Assembly: GCF_963853765.1 (NCBI RefSeq)
Contig: NC_088855.1
Span: 41,974,001-42,038,000 of the forward strand
Direction: 5' to 3'
Source of the DNA: Magallana gigas
Taxonomy: Eukaryota
DNA: 64,000 bases
In this document: positions 12,112 to 24,567 of the stretch, piece after piece
Numbering within the stretch: position 1 is the first letter of the stretch
Layout of the letters: each line of letters opens with the position of its first letter
Notes under the pieces: generated by a model
The model's input: only the letters and a program-made list of their open reading frames with translations
The model's database searches: none
Told to the model about the DNA's origin: nothing
Made by a program: the position numbers and the translations under genes

Positions 12112-13044
12112 GTAATTATTTTGAATGCTGGAGAAAACGTACAGACATGTACATGTAGGCCTACCCAAGAGAAAACGTACCCAGGAGAAAAGGCAATAAA
12201 ATCCTGGAGTACGGTTTCTCTAAGAGAGAACGTACCCAGGTACGTTTTCTCTCGGAGAGAAACAAATCACCCAAAAACATTCACAATCTGACCCTTTAGT
12301 TCAATCAAATAATGAAATTAACCAGTCAGACTTATGTCTCTGTTGCAGGAGTTTACCAGTCTGACTGATCTTAGCATTAACTTAGTAGTAACTTATATAT
12401 TCAATGTGTCCCAGTAATTTTTGCATCCATATCTTTTTTTTTGGTAGATATTTTCATATATGTTGCCGTTGTGCTCTGTGAATTAAATGATTTTGTTCTC
12501 TGGAACAAAAGAAAAAAGATTTTTTGACATGCCACCTTTTTTTCACATTTTTAATTTGTAAACAAAAAAAATGTGATGTTTCACTGCAAGTGACATTTCG
12601 GTCATAATCATGATTATATATAAATGATAAAATGATGCCAATGTGTTATAGAATATGTTCCATGCAAACTATATAAAGATGGAGTTTTTTGTATTAATTT
12701 CTACTGTTATGAGGGGATGTAAAAATTCATTGACTATTTTTTGCCAATTCGATCAAATTTTTCTAGTAATTTATTAAGTGTTTATCAGAGGGGAGAAAAC
12801 ACTTTTCTCAGGGGCAGATCATGAATTTCTCTCCAGGGAGTCCCCAGAAATGGGTTTTAACCTTACCCTTACCCCACCCCAACCCCACCTCAACCCCTAG
12901 CTTCTAAAAAGATTTTTTCGAAATTTTGGCAAGCAAAAAAGATATAAAACCCAAAAAGGTGCCCAGAATACCCCACCCCTTCTAGATTAATGATTTACAT
13001 GTGTACTAAATATGATACCATATTAATTTTTAAATAGAAAAGAT

Positions 13045-16000
13045 ATGGGGATCCGAGGTCTATTGTCTCATTGTCTAAGAAGAAGAGAAGAGTGTGTGGA
13101 TGAAGTGGACCTAGTGGCTCTAGCTAAAAGCAGAGGAGGCATTGAAATTATTGTGGACTTTTACTCCTTTGAGCATATGGTGGTTCCCAAATTCTGGAAA
13201 GGACTTAGCAGTCTCAGAAATAACCAGTTTCTTAAGATTCTTGGTGGGGAATACAAATCACTGGAAACCTTTATCAAGAGATTTATTGAAATTTTCAGAC
13301 AGCTTAAGATTTCATTCGTGTTCATTCAGGATGCTACCAAAGGATGTTCGGAAGCCAATAGTCAGCAGAAGCTAGACACATGGATGAAAAGACACCACAA
13401 GGAGGTGGAGAACCTGAATGAAGTGATCAATGTGTGCAGAGGAATGAAAGAAGTGTCAAACCTGGATGAACAAATGTTCACCAGACCAGTGTGTTTAGAA
13501 ATTCAGATTGTTGAGACACTTATGTCTTGTGGGTGTGAAATGATCCAAAGTGTCACAGGAGAAGCAGATTTCATGATTGCAAAAGCTCTTCACGATCGGG
13601 AAAAAGCATTTGCTATCTGGAGTAATGACTCTGACTTCTGTGTTTTTGACAAATGTAGATTTATTCCAGATGATCTGTTTGACATGTACAATGGTCTTCA
13701 GATGGGATTGCCCATTGAAGTTCCGGTGAAACCCGAGGCTGTATGGTGTGGTGTCATCTCAAGCGAAAAAGTCAGGTACACGTTGGGGGTAGGTAATTAG
13801 TGGTCCTGGCAGGATTCTTACATTTTTACTGTTTCTCTAAAATCATTGGTTAAATATATTATGTTTCTCAAATTAAACTTCCATTTGAATTAATTTATCA
13901 TTATGACTGAGGTTTGCAATACATATGTATTTGTACAAGCATACACATGTACTTAATAGTATTTTTGACAGTTTTAACTGAAAGAAATTTACAACATTGT
14001 TGCATTCTTCAGATTACTTTACGATTCGGTATATGATTTTTAACAAACTTTTTATTATGCATACACATGTAGTTTTTATTTGCAGTTTCAGAGTCCACAC
14101 CTCATGGTAGAACTGAGCATCATTGCTGGCAATGACTTCACCTCACAGTATGTCAGTACTGGTTTGAATAGACAAATTGACGTAAGAGGAAGGATTGGTG
14201 TCGAAACTTTTGCAGAATGGGTGAATCGCTACAGAGGCATAGAAAATCATCCCATGCTAAACAGGGAAATGGTAAAACTGTCTTTGGCATATTCAGTCAT
14301 TAACTCACTGCAGTTATGCCAGATATCTCTCGAACATCTTCATTTTGGCTTTATGATACTCATGACAGAATGTTTAATATAGAGTAAAGTTGTCAATCCT
14401 AACATTGATGAAGCAATTGATTCTTATACCGTATACTCGCATCTACAGCTGAGAATTTTCTCCTATTTCTGAATCATAAGAAAACTGAATGTGATTCATA
14501 GCTCTGTAGAAAATGACAGGGCTGAAATCTTCATGATCCAGTTCTAAGCAGTTTATTCATTGGTCGAAACCTTCAGCTACTGAAGAAAAATCTCAGACCG
14601 CTTGAAATAATCATGATGATGTCAGAGTTCTGTTCTCGTATGAGACGACTTGGCTAGTTCTTTTATCAAACTTTCTGATGTATATCTTACTCCTTACAAT
14701 CAGTTCACTCATTTGCTAAAAGAAAGATGTAAATATGTTGCTTTATTTTAATAACAGCCTCAATTTCACTTTCAGTCACGCAATGTTAGCTTTGCCAGGG
14801 CAGTAGAACACTCCAGAATGTTCTATTGTCTTCAATCCAACCCAGAGGAAATTGTTCACAAAGGATACTTTTCTAAGCTCCTTGCAGAGAAGATTTCTTC
14901 TGTAAGAATGAAAAAATAAGAAGGAAAACAAAAAGAAAGCATATTCCTATTAAAAAAAATAAAATTTTGTAATTGTCAAATCAGGAGAACATGTTAATCT
15001 AAGGATAAAAGGTGTTTAAATTTATCTATCTATTCTCATAGCAGACTAATTAAAGATGGAAAAAAGCTAGCAAGCTGAAATAAATGAGACAAATATATGT
15101 AAAGTATATCTTAGGGATGGTTATTTTCAATCAAAAAAATATTTTTTAATGTACCTGTGATACTTATAAAAAAGTTATTTATGATGGACAAAATTTACTC
15201 ATATCATACATATAGTCCTTTAGATAAATATCAATTTTCTTAATTAAATAGACTACATCATAAAAGAAAAATATTTTAACTGTAATGAAAGTTTTATTTA
15301 TATTAATGAACATGTTGTAGCTTAAATACCCCAGTCACTTGATGGCAATGCACAACAACTTCTACTGGCATCGACTGTTACAAGAGGATACCACCAGGGG
15401 GCAGCCTTGTGCTGAGGAGGCATTAACTGAACTACGAGCCCTCATCTACAGAATTGTCCTTCCCCGCAGAGAAAATCTTGTCAACGAGTATGGGCGCAGC
15501 CCTTGGGATACATTAAGAATTGAGGGGGTGAGATTTTAATTGATTGGAAATTTTGATACTAGTATATGTTAATCAAATTTTACACTGAAAATACAGAGGG
15601 TTCCACTTAATCTGATAACGGTTAATCGAATAATTCGGTTAATCTGATATAATATCAAATCACCTAACCATTTCTTATATATTCCTTTATATTTTTTCCT
15701 GATAATATGATAGGAAAAAATATCATTTTCGGTTAATCTGATAGGATTGTGACCGTGTAATAATACTGTACTGAATTGCACTATATTTACAACAATCAAC
15801 ACCATTTTTATGCAAATCCCTTTGAGAAATATCATTTTAGATTTATTCTATATTCACCATTGTGGCATTAAATTGAAAATGAATGCAGTGAAATTATTTT
15901 ATTTTGATAAGGTTTTAGCCATTGATGATCCAAATCTTCCAGCTCTCCACAAAATACAAGAAGATAAGATATTCTGGAATCTGAACTCTTTCCACTATAT

Positions 16001-19000
16001 AATGTCACACCAAGAGCCAGGTACATTGTAAAGATCTGTACATCTGCTGTTATATTGTACAATCAATTTGATTTAAGCAAAAGTCTCTACAATAGCACTA
16101 AGTGCAGAAAGATCCAAAATGACCCATTGAGGGTCATATTTGGTGATATCAGAAAGAATCTTATATTTTAATCGATTGAAAATACGACTTAAGTTCTTAA
16201 CAGCAGAATCTAGATCTGTCACATCACAGAGATTCAATAACCGTAAACGAAAAGGAAAATATTGGTTGTTATTTTTCCAACTTACAATGATCAAACCACA
16301 GCATTGCTCTTACCGTATATCAGTTCTTTTTGCGTGTCACAAAATTTGCGAAATAGGTGAAATCTGTAATATTTTTAATTTGCGTCAGTCATTTTTTGCG
16401 ATTTAGAAAGTTTCTTATAGTAAATGTTACTGAATATAATTTCTGTGTATTCAAGTGTTTGCGATTTAAAAGAGATCTTTGAAAAAGTGAAAATTAGATC
16501 ATCGCGAAAAAACACAGGATATACGTATAGCCTATATATATTATATATATTGGTACATTCCAAACATTGGCCATAATTGAATTTCAGTGGAGAGGCCCAA
16601 ATGGTTTGATCGCTATGGTAGGAAGAATGGTTTCATTGTGTACTGTCTGCGGTACTTCCTGTTATTGAACTGGGGGAGGAATCTTCAGCTGCAGCAGCAG
16701 GAGTTCTTGGCCCTGTGTGCCCTCGTGTTTGCACGACCCAGGGAAGAACACTACCAGCAAATCCAGATCCGCCCCACCCCCCGATGTGTGTCCATTGGGA
16801 ACTGGTTCCTTGTAAGTGCCAATATAATCTAACCTTACTTTGCTGTGAAATGATAAACCCATTAGAATTTATATCAAATCATGCATTATGGTTTTGAACC
16901 ACTATTTTGCAGTGTCTTAATTTCTGTGCTATTTCAGAAATATAATATATCTAGCTTTTGTTAGTACATGTAATACATGTACTATTCATTGCATGAGTAA
17001 AAGAGGTTCATTCTCCTGCCCTGTTCAACCACTCAATCCAAAATTAGTTCAGTGCCTTTTGCACCACACAATTGTAAAATAAAAAAAGCAACAAAAAAAA
17101 ACCTGTCTATGTAGTAAAGCATAATGCATTTATGATTTGATGAGGGCTACTTTGTGTGTCTAGTACCTTTATCAATCATTTTCGTCTCAATTATTAATTC
17201 TGATCAATCATAATTCTGTATTTCTGTCAGCATTTAAAAAAAAACTTCTTGAAAGGGTAATGCTCCTATAGAAAAATAGTGCAGGAACACGGGCATTGTT
17301 CTGAAGTTTACATGCTGACCAGTGATTAGGGAGTTCGTGATCAATGATTTAGGTGGCCTAGGTAAATCATGACTTCCTTTGATGTTTTAATGTCTAATTG
17401 ACATATCCATCACATGCACAACATTTCCTTGTGCCTAAAAGACCCTTGATCACAAAAATTGCTAAATAAGTCTGTTTTTACCAATTTAGTATAGCTTTTG
17501 CATGTAATTGGCAGTTATGGGTATTTTTGCTCATTGATTTGCATGCAATCTGTTTGAAGACTCTTGCAGCATAGGAGTTTTGCAATGTTTGCAGAATATT
17601 ACAATGACCTTCTGAGTTATGTGTATCAGAGGGAGGGTTTGTGACTTCCTACTGTATTATGTATAAGTAACACACAGTCACGTAATCATTTTGTCACCAG
17701 ATTATTAGTATTTTCACCTGTATAGGTATCTATTCATGAATACCTACATTAGCATTTACATATGTACTGTGCTGTTATTCAGAGATTTGTATTGAAATAA
17801 TAATTGGTATAAACACCAAAAGAATCTAATTTTTTGAAAATGAGGCTTATGTACAAAAAATGTGTAAACTTAAAATATTCCTTTATTCTGAAAGGGGGAG
17901 TAGGAAGGGGTCCAAAGGAATATGTCAGTGACTTTGTTATGAAGCTTTTTTTTTTTTTAAGTTTTAAAAGTGAATTTTCCTAGGGGATTCCAGATCTCCC
18001 CCTCCCCCACCTTTCTAGATCCAGTAATAACTGGAAGGATGTTGATGGCTCTTCTGGAATGAGGTGGTGATATAAACTCTATTACAGTGGTCTAGCTGCT
18101 AGTAAATACACACTTCCTACACACTGTTACACAGCGCTTCATAGCCCGAGGCCCCTAACATGTTTGTTGGTGTAGCAACTACTGGAAAAACAACACTCCC
18201 ACCCTGTTATAATCAATACATACCTCAGATGGCTGCAAAAATTGTTTGGGTGCAGATATTATGTATTGTTACATACCAAAAATTGAAAGTATGTGTGGGG
18301 ATTTTGCAGTATTCATTTCCAAGATGTACATGTACAGTGTACATGTATTTAAATGTAACCAGAAAAATATATTTGAAATGCAAATACATGTACATATTTT
18401 AAGATGTAAAAACCTTAGAAATTGACAATAAAACAAAGGGTCTTTCAGGACCCTTCTGAATAAATTTAAGTAATTGTAATATACTTCAAAATACACACCT
18501 GTCTATTCATCAGGATGTGTATCGACATGCATTCTTGTTCCTTGGAAAACTGCTCTACCTTACTCACGAGTTTCCCCTCCCTGAAGAAATCTACTCGGGA
18601 TCTGTATGGACATGTTTTTACATGTGCTGTAAAGATGACAGTAAGTACTGAGTCTGTTTTATTCAATACATGGTAGCATCTGATGAGAAAGGAATTATAA
18701 CATTTACCCTCAACCCCATCCCCAAATTGTACAACTGTCCTAACTGTAAAACAGTATTCAGTGTGATATTCTTTTTTTTATCATTTAGTGGGAGAAAAGA
18801 CAAGATATAACTTAAAATCATGTTACAAGAATCAATTTGGAATTTGGCTTTTACCCGAATTGTTTTCTAATAAAATGGATAAATCTCTACAATGTGGTCT
18901 AATGACACATGTATGTCTTAACAGTCTTTCTTCTGGTAAAATTATATACTACATGTAATATTTAATTTATTTAAATAAAATTATATAATTTCTATATTTT

Positions 19001-19142
19001 AGCCTATTATGCTGCATCCAGACAAACGACCCAAGAGGTTCTTTCGTGGATCCAGGATCAAATGAACGCGGTGATCAGCGATAAACGTCACGTGATCAAA
19101 CATATTACAGAGAGAGTGTTTGAATTTAATGACCGGTTTTAG
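13045..19142 (+). CDS. Asteroid (ASTE1)/FAM120-family PIN (XPG/FEN1-like) nuclease-domain protein, 620 aa. Exons 13045-13788, 14086-14271, 14776-14901, 15321-15527, 15912-16020, 16588-16811, 18514-18640, 19003-19142
   Basis: Eight GT-AG exons splice to an 1863-nt open frame. It has an N-terminal MGIRGL, acidic motifs IIVD, FIQD, GEADFMIA and SNDSDF, an H3TH-type IIAGNDF, and a C-terminal LPEEIYSGS resembling the asteroid family. Exact orthology (ASTE1 versus FAM120) is not resolved. Confidence 0.85.
16311..16527. mobile_element. Short Tc1/mariner-like MITE in an intron of the asteroid-like gene
   Basis: Imperfect inverted termini TACCGTATATCAGTTCTTTTTGCG and CGCGAAAAAACACAGGATATACGTA, with TA at both ends. 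Confidence 0.5.
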
Positions 19143-19420
19143 TTCAACCAGTGTTCCTGACGCACGTCACGTGATCAAAAATGTTTCCAATTCATGTGAT
19201 TAAATATTACAGATGGAGTGTTGAATTTGACAGATTCTGTTCTAGCTAAGGATAAGACACTTGGTTATGATCAAACATATAACATAGAGACTCATAGTTT
19301 TTAATCAATTAAAGATATAGTGACCGCTATCACGTGTTGAAACATTACACAGGGAGTGTTTGGTTTATTAACGGATTGTAATCCAGCTAAAAATAGCAAA
19401 AGACGCCATGTGATCATAAT
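19085..19420 (+). repeat. Degenerate tandem repeat of about 70-80 bp spanning the stop codon of the asteroid-like gene
   Basis: A CA(C/T)GTGATCAAACATATTACAGA...GAGTGTTTG-like unit recurs at about 19089, 19168/19193, 19266, 19331 and 19407. Confidence 0.65.
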
Positions 19421-20405
19421 TAACACAACCTCAAATAATTGGAAATATCTTTAAAAGTTTGAAAATTCATAGACTCATGAAGACTGAACATCATTCTTTT
19501 TTTTGCGTACAATAAACGATAGCGGATAAGTTTTAACGAATTATAGACCTCTCAAATTAACGCGCGAAACAATTCAGTTATGGAGAGAATCAACTAAATG
19601 ATTGGAATGTCCAAATACACACATTTAAGGAAGAGATTGCGAATTAATGTTACATCTTGCAAATAGCCCGGTTACATAATAGTGAGTTTTAGTTTTAAGA
19701 ACTGCTTTTGTTTTGTTGTTGTTGTCTGTTTGGTATTATTTTTTAAGTGTGTGTATATGTTTTCACAAGAAATAATAGTTTGCATGCACAATTGTTAGCG
19801 AATTCGCTGTTTATTACGTTAGTTAATTAAACTATTTTACTGTTATTGCATTTTTTGTTTTTCTTCACAAATCCTGTCCTTTCTGCTAAACTCCAGGAAG
19901 CTGGAGGTGTCAACGAAACGATATTTGGTCACACGTTACCCATGGACTTTAAAATAGAACTTTACAAAAATCATAACTTTTCCGCCTTTGAAGAGATAAT
20001 AGGATTAACAGATTCATAACGAGACATGGCGGTAGTAGACGGTATGTCCAGAGAAGGCTACATGTTGTTGACGGTTACGTCATTCGGAACCCCTGCGCTT
20101 CACCGGTCATAGCTAAACAGCTTGAGTACGTCGCTTGTCAAGTGACGTAATCGGGTGGCGTTGGGTAAAGTTATAGCAGAGGACCCATGTACTGTACCTA
20201 CAATTTGTCACCGGAGTACACATACGGGATATTTTATGACCCACGAGAATTATCAGAAATTTGCTAGGACATCAGAGCAAAAATGCGAAGGATTGGTGGC
20301 AGACGCTAAATTACCATGACCAACATCTGATTTGATTTTCAAACAGGATTTATTAATTTTTTTAAGTTTGTGCTTGGAATAATTATTTATTTTAATTGTT
20401 AAATT

Positions 20406-23400
20406 ATGCTGTGGAAGATAATGAAGTTTTCAATAGGACTCTTTGTTTGTTTTGCGTGGTTTGCTCCCTTTGTGTTGGGGAACGGCTTTCTGAAGTCCCC
20501 CACCAGTCGTTCGTCTGTGTGGCGCTATTTTGGGGAGGCACCATGGGGAGATACTTTAACACAGAACACAGAGGATATGTCTTTGAATTGTGGAGGAACT
20601 TATGTAAGTTTTTTTTTATAAATTGTCGAAAAGTTCTTCCATAGATTGATATGAGCAGCACTTGCATTAAAATCCATTTTGAATACTGTAGTATTCAAAA
20701 TATTTACTTCGATCATATATCAAAGTATTTGAAGTTGGAAAACCTGATGTAGTAAAAAAGTTATTATGTTCTGTTCTTATTCCAAAACTGGGTTTGCAAA
20801 ATTGTTTTCAAAATTTGCTTACCTTTTTATTTTCAGTTCTTTTATTCACTAATATAAGCTTCTTGATTTTAGTCGGTAATATACATAGCATAGGACAAAA
20901 TTCTATTAAATAAAAAAACTGTCACTACATGTACCTATATCGGAAAGTTATTATTACTTTTAAAAGAATTGTTAAAGTAAACATATATGGATGATTTGAG
21001 TGAAACGGGCAATTACAAAACTGTTAAACTCTACCAAGATTTATCATCTAATTGTCATTGGAGAGGAGCATGTACATGTAAGCTGTAAGAACTTGTTTCC
21101 AATCCTCTTGTGTAATTTACACAATAAAACATGTTCAAATCAGATTATCTAATTGTTTCAAACATCGAACTTGTGAACATTGGTAAAGAAGATACTAGTA
21201 CTTTCTAATAGTTTTGTAATTTTATTTTGGTTAAGACTGATGGAGACCTGACGGGGAAATGCGGTCGTTGTGGGGATTACATCGGAGGAACAAGACCAAA
21301 CGAGGCTCCTAACGGACAATACGCCTCCAAAAAGTCGACGTACATCTACCGAGAGGGCGCTGTGGTCAATGTCACGGTCCAAGTCACAGCACGTGCTAAT
21401 GGCGGCTTTTTTAAGTTTAAGTTGTGTAAATCTGATGCTAGCACTGCTGCATCACAGGCTTGCTTCGACCAGAACCCGCTAAAGCTGGCTAATACCGCCG
21501 ACCAAACCATCATCCAGATTCCGGACATTGATGGGGATGTTGTCGTTCCGCTTCAGTTGCCAGCAGGACTGACATGTGACCAATGCGTCATGCAATGGAC
21601 ATGGGTTACTGGTGGGTTTCATTTTGAAAAAATTGAAATTCAGCAAATATCGTTGAAAAAAATTACTTATGATTATAATTAAGTATTATACTTAAGATTA
21701 CCTTAGTTACATTTTATTATTTACACGTTCATGTTATTCCTATCAGAAATGATCTGTATACTACATGTTTATAACCATAAAAACAAGGATGAAGGAAAAA
21801 GAAATGCATGTCTTTGTATTTTTCTTTTCAGCAAGAGACTGGCGATGCGCTAGTTTGAATGGTCAGTTAGTGTGTGGTATGGGATATGGAATGCAGCCCA
21901 CGTTTGTAAACTGCGCTGACTTCACCATTCTTGCCCAGGGAGCACCTGTTCCGGCGGGTTTCCATTGGCCAGATTATAACTCGGTATACGCCACCATTCA
22001 CGGGGGACATACTGGATCAGGGACGACACAAGGTGAATCCAAAACCTAGTTTACATTGATATCAAGGAATGAATTCATTGTATTCATAAACATAAATGTC
22101 GTCTGTTACATAATTTTAAGATAATCCTGTTTTAAGGTTTTTCGCTCTCAGCGGAAAACCTTACTATTATTTTGAAAATTTTTCAAATTTCTTCTTATTT
22201 TTTTTTCTTCTAGTTATATGCTATTTTTATTATAAGATTATACTATATTTTATTACTGACATTTTCAGCACCAGCACCCACAACATCTGGCTCTGTTGTT
22301 ATCGTCCCGACTACTGCTGCACCAACCACAGCGGCGCCACAGACAACCACCACTTTCCCTATCATTACGAATCCACCTACCACGACCGCGGCTCCAGTAA
22401 TCACTACGGGCTCCACTAGCGCTCCCCCAACCACCACCGATAAACTGATCATCGTCACGCCCACACCTGTAAACCCAATCTCCACATCCCAACAGCCGCC
22501 AGCCTCACTGACCACCACACCACCCCTACCTCTGTCCACAGAGAAACTGATCCCCGGCCCTGTGTTTCCCCCTGTAGCACCTATTCTTCCGGTCGGACCA
22601 GTTGTTGGGGCTGGTGGCGGTGTTTTGGGCGGTTTATCGTTCGGTAGTCTTATGGCACCCCTGGGACTAGGTTTAGGTGGACTTGTGCTTATGATGGCTA
22701 TGAATAGAAATCAAGGAGGGGGCGGCGTGGAGTATATTGATATCCCACCGATGGCAATGCCAGCTATTTCTCAACCAATGCAGCCCATGGTTGCCCCTCC
22801 ATACGCCCCATCCTTCGGTTACACAATGCTGCCAGCTCCAATCATTGTACCAGTGGAGCAACCCGCCCCTGTCAAAAAAGGATACGGAAAAGGTTACGGT
22901 AAACACCCAACCGATTATGGCAAAGGAACTGGCTATGGAAACAGCAATTACAGAGGATACGGGAATAAAAAAAGTTACGGTTCGGTTTTTGTGAACCCTG
23001 GGTATGGCTACAACAACGGACAGTACCAGCAGACATACAACCCGGCATCCTATAACCCGTCCTACAAACCCCCATCATCTTACGGCAGCAACAGCCGGCC
23101 CAACAGGGGAGACGAGCAGTTCTTTGAGCTCCCCAACAGCCACGCCTTCACTCGGATAGTGTTTGACGTAGAACCAGAAGTCAACAAAGTCCGGACACAG
23201 GAAACAGTAGAACAGAAGCCACGGAAAATCGACATCTCGGCTTTCAGTAAGAACTGTCCGATTTCAAAGCAGACGTGCAAACCTCGTTATGGCGCGAACG
23301 AGGCGACTGTGTACGGGAATGTGGACATTGTCAGTATGATATGTGAGCTCCACTGCTCTGACCGGAATCCTCACTGTCCGGAGCACATGTGCTCGTGCAC

Positions 23401-23473
23401 GTGCATCGAAGAAGCAGCCGACAACATAGCTCTGCAGGATAGAATATCTGCAGCAAGCCTGTTTGGAAAATAA
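20406..23473 (+). CDS. Secreted AA15/LPMO-fold (chitin-binding type-4-like) protein A lacking the His brace, followed by a Pro/Thr mucin linker, a Gly/Tyr-rich region and an 8-Cys C-terminal module, 659 aa. Exons 20406-20603, 21236-21611, 21832-22032, 22269-23473
   Basis: Signal peptide ending VLG|NGFLKSPTSRSSVWR, against the family consensus HGxLxxPxSRSSxWR. Also LNCGG, GKCGRCGD, YREGAVVNVTVQVT, FKFKLC, LQLPAGLTCDQCVMQWTWVTA and QPTFVNCAD. Intron phases 0,1,1 give a 1980-nt open frame. Confidence 0.9.
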
Positions 23474-24567
23474 TGGTTACCAATAAGTTCGTAGAATAAT
23501 TATATCTAAATCAACGCGGTAAATGCGTTAAAGAATTCAGTTTTCTTTCTAGGAAATTATACAGTATTTTGGATCCTTAATTGTAAAATACTATATGAAG
23601 AGACAATTTTTGCGGATAGGTATGCGATAAGATATTGGCAACCAAACAGATTGATATATACTTCAGTAATATGAACATTAACACCTACTGTGGAAAAATA
23701 TTTTTATTGCTATATCTTAAGTAATTAAACGGATTGGATTAAAACAATTTACTATTTAATTTATTAAAGTTTTCTTGTATAATATGCAATATGTTATTGA
23801 ACGATTTTGGATTGATTGTAGCTTAGAAGATTGAACCCCATACAGCGAGTGCCAAAAACAAGGTGGTTGGGTTCCATATTGTGTTTATACATGTATAATC
23901 TTACAAGAACTCCTGTAAAACCAGAGTTTTGGAGAAAAGTAGTGATTTTAATGCGAGTTCAAATTAAATATATTTTTGTTTGTTATAAGATTGAGGAAGA
24001 GGATTTGAACAAAGAGTTTTTGTAAAGCAACAGATTGTGTAACAAGCAATATGATCGTACTATGTTACAACGAATGCTATTTAAATAAATCGTTTTTCTG
24101 TTGTTAATAAATTTTAAACTAAAAAATTTTGTCCTATATTACACGTTGCACCTTTAGTTTAGGGAAGTCTGCGATTGATGAATGCACAATGTCTATATAA
24201 GCTGATTATTTCTGCCCTGTATTCTAATGGTGCCCATACCATCCCGGTTCCTGTATTCCTCATTGAGAATTTTTGAATTCACCATAACACGCACAAAGTT
24301 TGAACCACATCCGGGGAACTTTGTCATTTCCTATATCAGATAACGCGATGTTTGTAGCAAATATAATACATTCGTATACCTATGGAAATTCATTAACCTC
24401 TGAACTTATTGTAGTTCACCAATAAGATTACATCTTATGACTAAATGACGAAGAAAAAAGATATTTACCACTCCAACATTACTTATAGCAGATGGTTAAA
24501 ATGTCGCAGTAACCCATACTGAACACGCTTTATAATGGTTTAAAGGAAAAATCTTAAAAACCCAACC

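Noticed and set aside
12130-12256. GAGAAAACGTACCC direct and inverted repeats, superficially CRISPR-like
   Set aside because: Only 3-4 degenerate copies with irregular spacing in a eukaryotic intron, and no cas genes. Most likely a transposon remnant.
22243-22539. Antisense Val/Gly-rich ORFs (also 27268-27600 and 27716-28066)
   Set aside because: These are shadows of the Pro/Thr- and Gly-rich sense exons of the LPMO-fold genes.
24190-24330. Exon-like minus-strand stretch (EMTKFPGCGSNFVRVMVNSKILNEEYRN...)
   Set aside because: It has a plausible acceptor, but no clean donor, no partner exons and no recognisable family.
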